A stretch of DNA of 64,000 bases from Kiritimatiellia bacterium (lineage in GTDB: Bacteria > Verrucomicrobiota > Kiritimatiellia > JAAZAB01), in NCBI GenBank assembly GCA_040767085.1, contig JAXGPF010000003.1, positions 512,001 through 576,000 on the forward strand. The letters run 5' to 3'. Under the pieces are notes generated by a model. The model was not told the origin of the DNA and did not search any database. It saw only the letters and a program-made list of their open reading frames with translations. Below are positions 62,166 to 64,000 of the stretch, in pieces. The position numbers and the translations under genes are program-made. Each line of letters begins with the position of its first letter. The stretch's first letter is position 1.

Positions 62166-62647
62166 ACATGTCCCTTTTTTTTCACCGCCGCTTTGCCGGC
62201 CAAATGTTCCAACAAACCGTCCAAGGCCAGCCGGTAGCCTGCCGCGCCAAAGCCCATGACCTGGCCCAGGCAGGCGCCGGCCGTCAGGCTGCGGCGGCGA
62301 AAATCATCGCGCGCCGCGGTATTGGACAGGTGCACTTCCACGCATGGCAATTCCGCCGCCTGCAGGGCGTCGCGCAATGCCACGCTGGTATGCGTAAAGC
62401 CCGCCGGGTTCATGATTAACCCGTCATAAACGCCGCGCGCCGCCAGGATGCGCTCCACCAGCGCTCCCTCCAGGTCGCTCTGCGCCGCTTCCACGCGCGC
62501 GCCGCGCGTGCGGCCATACGCGGCCAGGTCCCGCATGATGGCCGGCAGCGTAGCCGATCCGTACACGGACGGCTCGCGCACCCCGAGCAGTCCCAGGTTC
62601 GGCCCGTTCAACACCAATACTCTATACGACTGGCTTGACTTTTGCAT
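62162..62647 (-). CDS. aroQ: Type II 3-dehydroquinate dehydratase
   Basis: LNGPNL..LG.REP..YG, NPAGFTHTS, EVHLSN. Confidence 0.96.
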   Translation of the reverse strand: MQKSSQSYRVLVLNGPNLGLLGVREPSVYGSATLPAIMRDLAAYGRTRGARVEAAQSDLEGALVERILAARGVYDGLIMNPAGFTHTSVALRDALQAAELPCVEVHLSNTAARDDFRRRSLTAGACLGQVMGFGAAGYRLALDGLLEHLAGKAAVKKKGHV

Positions 62648-62696
62648 TTACGCGGGGAGTTTAACAGTTTCCAACGGCCGCTGCCAAGCATTAAAC

Positions 62697-63488
62697 CTAA
62701 AGCGGATGCACGTCCGCCGCATCACATTCCACCAGGCGCTGGTCCGCCAGGCAGATCCGCACCCGGCGGGCCAGCGGCTTGATATCCACCACCCGGCCGG
62801 CGCCCTCGGGACAGGTTACCTGGTCGCTCACCCGCGGCAAGCCATCCCCTTGTTCGACGTAGCAGGCATGTTCGAAGCGCAGGCAGCATTTCAGGCGGCC
62901 GCACATCCCGTTCAGATTGGCGGGATTCAAGGCCAGCCCCTGCTGCTTGGCCATGCGCATCGTGACGTTATCGAATTCCTTCAACCAGGTGGAACAGCAA
63001 AGGCGCCGCCCGCAAGGGGCATAGCCTCCCGTCATCGCCGCCACGCTGCGCGCGCCGATCTGGCGCATTTCGATCCGGGCGCGCAAATCCGCCGCCAGGT
63101 GCTGCACCAACTGGCGGAAATCCACGCGCTCTTCCGCCGCGTACAGCACCTTGATCACCGTGCGATCCAGCGAATACCGCACCTTCAGCAGGCGCATCTC
63201 CAGGTTTAATTCCCGGACTTTCTCCTGGCAGCGCTTCCAGGCCGTGCGCGCGAACAATTCGTTTTCGCTGGCCTGGGACTGGTCCTGCAGGGTCGCGCGC
63301 CGCAGCACCTGGGGGATGTCGCCCGGCGCCGCGACGGGATCGTCCGCCAGCATCAGCACGCGCCCGCATTCCAGCAGTCCATCGCTTTTCAACACGCAGG
63401 TATCGCCGACGGCAATCGCCAGGGCCAGCGGGCAAAAAGCCTTAACCGCATGCGGTTCACTGCAGTCCACATATAGTATTTTAAACAT
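62697..63488 (-). CDS. ricT: PSP1-domain / RicT (YaaT) family Fe-S protein
   Basis: RVDFR.LV, RIEMRQIG, CGRRLCC, GMCGRLKCCL. Confidence 0.9.
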   Translation of the reverse strand: MFKILYVDCSEPHAVKAFCPLALAIAVGDTCVLKSDGLLECGRVLMLADDPVAAPGDIPQVLRRATLQDQSQASENELFARTAWKRCQEKVRELNLEMRLLKVRYSLDRTVIKVLYAAEERVDFRQLVQHLAADLRARIEMRQIGARSVAAMTGGYAPCGRRLCCSTWLKEFDNVTMRMAKQQGLALNPANLNGMCGRLKCCLRFEHACYVEQGDGLPRVSDQVTCPEGAGRVVDIKPLARRVRICLADQRLVECDAADVHPL

Positions 63489-63565
63489 TGCGCCGCCATT
63501 CTGCCGCCCGGCCGCGGGCGGCGTTGTCCGCGCGCCGCCAGCGGCGGCCCGCGCGGGGCATCCCT

Positions 63566-64000
63566 TTATCCGGGGGATAGTTCCGGCTCCGCCAGCCGGA
63601 TGAAGCCATGCTCGAATACCATGGTTTCATGCACATTGCGGTTGAATTGCGTCTGCATGGCTTCCACCGCCCGCACCCGCGCCAGCGCCGCCCGGCAGCC
63701 GAGGCCGCGCGCTTCCCGGCGCAGCGCATCGGCCGCGTCCCGAAAAGCCAGCAGCGTATCGTCCGCGCCGGCGGCGCACAACAGCAAATCGCGCTGCCAG
63801 AGCATCAGCCATTCCAGCACGGTTTCGCGCCGGCGGCGGTAGCGGGCCTCCACGCGGGCTTCCAGCACGGCCTTCATTTTATCGCGCGCGCTTTTATCCA
63901 GGTCTTCCAGGTTGGTCTCCGCCATGACCGTCTCCTCGGCTTCGCTGATTTCCGCCTTGATCGCCTTCAGCCGCTCCAGCAGGAAGCGCGCCCGCTCCAC
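63566..64000 (-). CDS. holB: Probable DNA polymerase III delta' subunit, C-terminal part (5' end outside window)
   Basis: L..W.RDLL...NV motif and the usual holB-PSP1 gene order; only the C-terminus is visible. Confidence 0.65.
   Translation of the reverse strand: MERARFLLERLKAIKAEISEAEETVMAETNLEDLDKSARDKMKAVLEARVEARYRRRRETVLEWLMLWQRDLLLCAAGADDTLLAFRDAADALRREARGLGCRAALARVRAVEAMQTQFNRNVHETMVFEHGFIRLAEPELSPG

Noticed and set aside
60396-62237. 613-aa plus-strand ORF and similar long antisense ORFs (3881-5365, 10272-11921, 12456-13988, 47204-48457, 54343-55500)
   Set aside because: Antisense shadows of well-supported genes, expected at high GC3.

Overview
GC-rich bacterial chromosome window. 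Protein style (FG-GAP/choice-of-anchor surface proteins, many glycosidases, a GT9 LPS enzyme, a two-domain NDK) suggests a diderm PVC-type organism such as Kiritimatiellae/Lentisphaerae; this is inference only. Left to right: (1) 1-13.6 kb, a secreted-protein operon whose >1650-aa gene is split by an ISL3 element, plus a divergent receiver-only regulator and multi-PAS/GAF kinase; (2) 13.7-18.2 kb, a tightly coupled six-gene Rnf/Na+-NQR hybrid operon (RnfD/NqrB, RnfG/NqrC, RnfE/NqrD, RnfA/NqrE, an NqrF-like reductase and a Cys/His-rich hypothetical) with no NqrA/RnfC/RnfB, the best candidate for an under-described system; (3) 18.5-45 kb, a carbohydrate/amino-sugar region (AraC, URO-D-fold protein, GH20, two GH3, three GH109-like Gfo/Idh/MocA paralogs, IS-split DUF4838-like protein, amidohydrolase, NagB-like) with two more ISL3 elements, a TTAA-flanked REP-carrying MITE family, a cloverleaf-shaped TIR element, REP arrays and 7/8-bp tandem repeats; (4) 45.5-53 kb, FAD 2-hydroxyacid dehydrogenase, LarA-family racemase, GT9, M19 peptidase-like, LTxxQ protein and an orphan periplasmic sensor; (5) 53-64 kb, housekeeping genes (rmuC, glgB, CBM48, ndk, DUF1015, amaP, asp23, accC, accB, aroQ, ricT/PSP1, partial holB). 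No rRNA, tRNA or CRISPR array was recognised. All family calls come from motif recognition by eye, not database searches.
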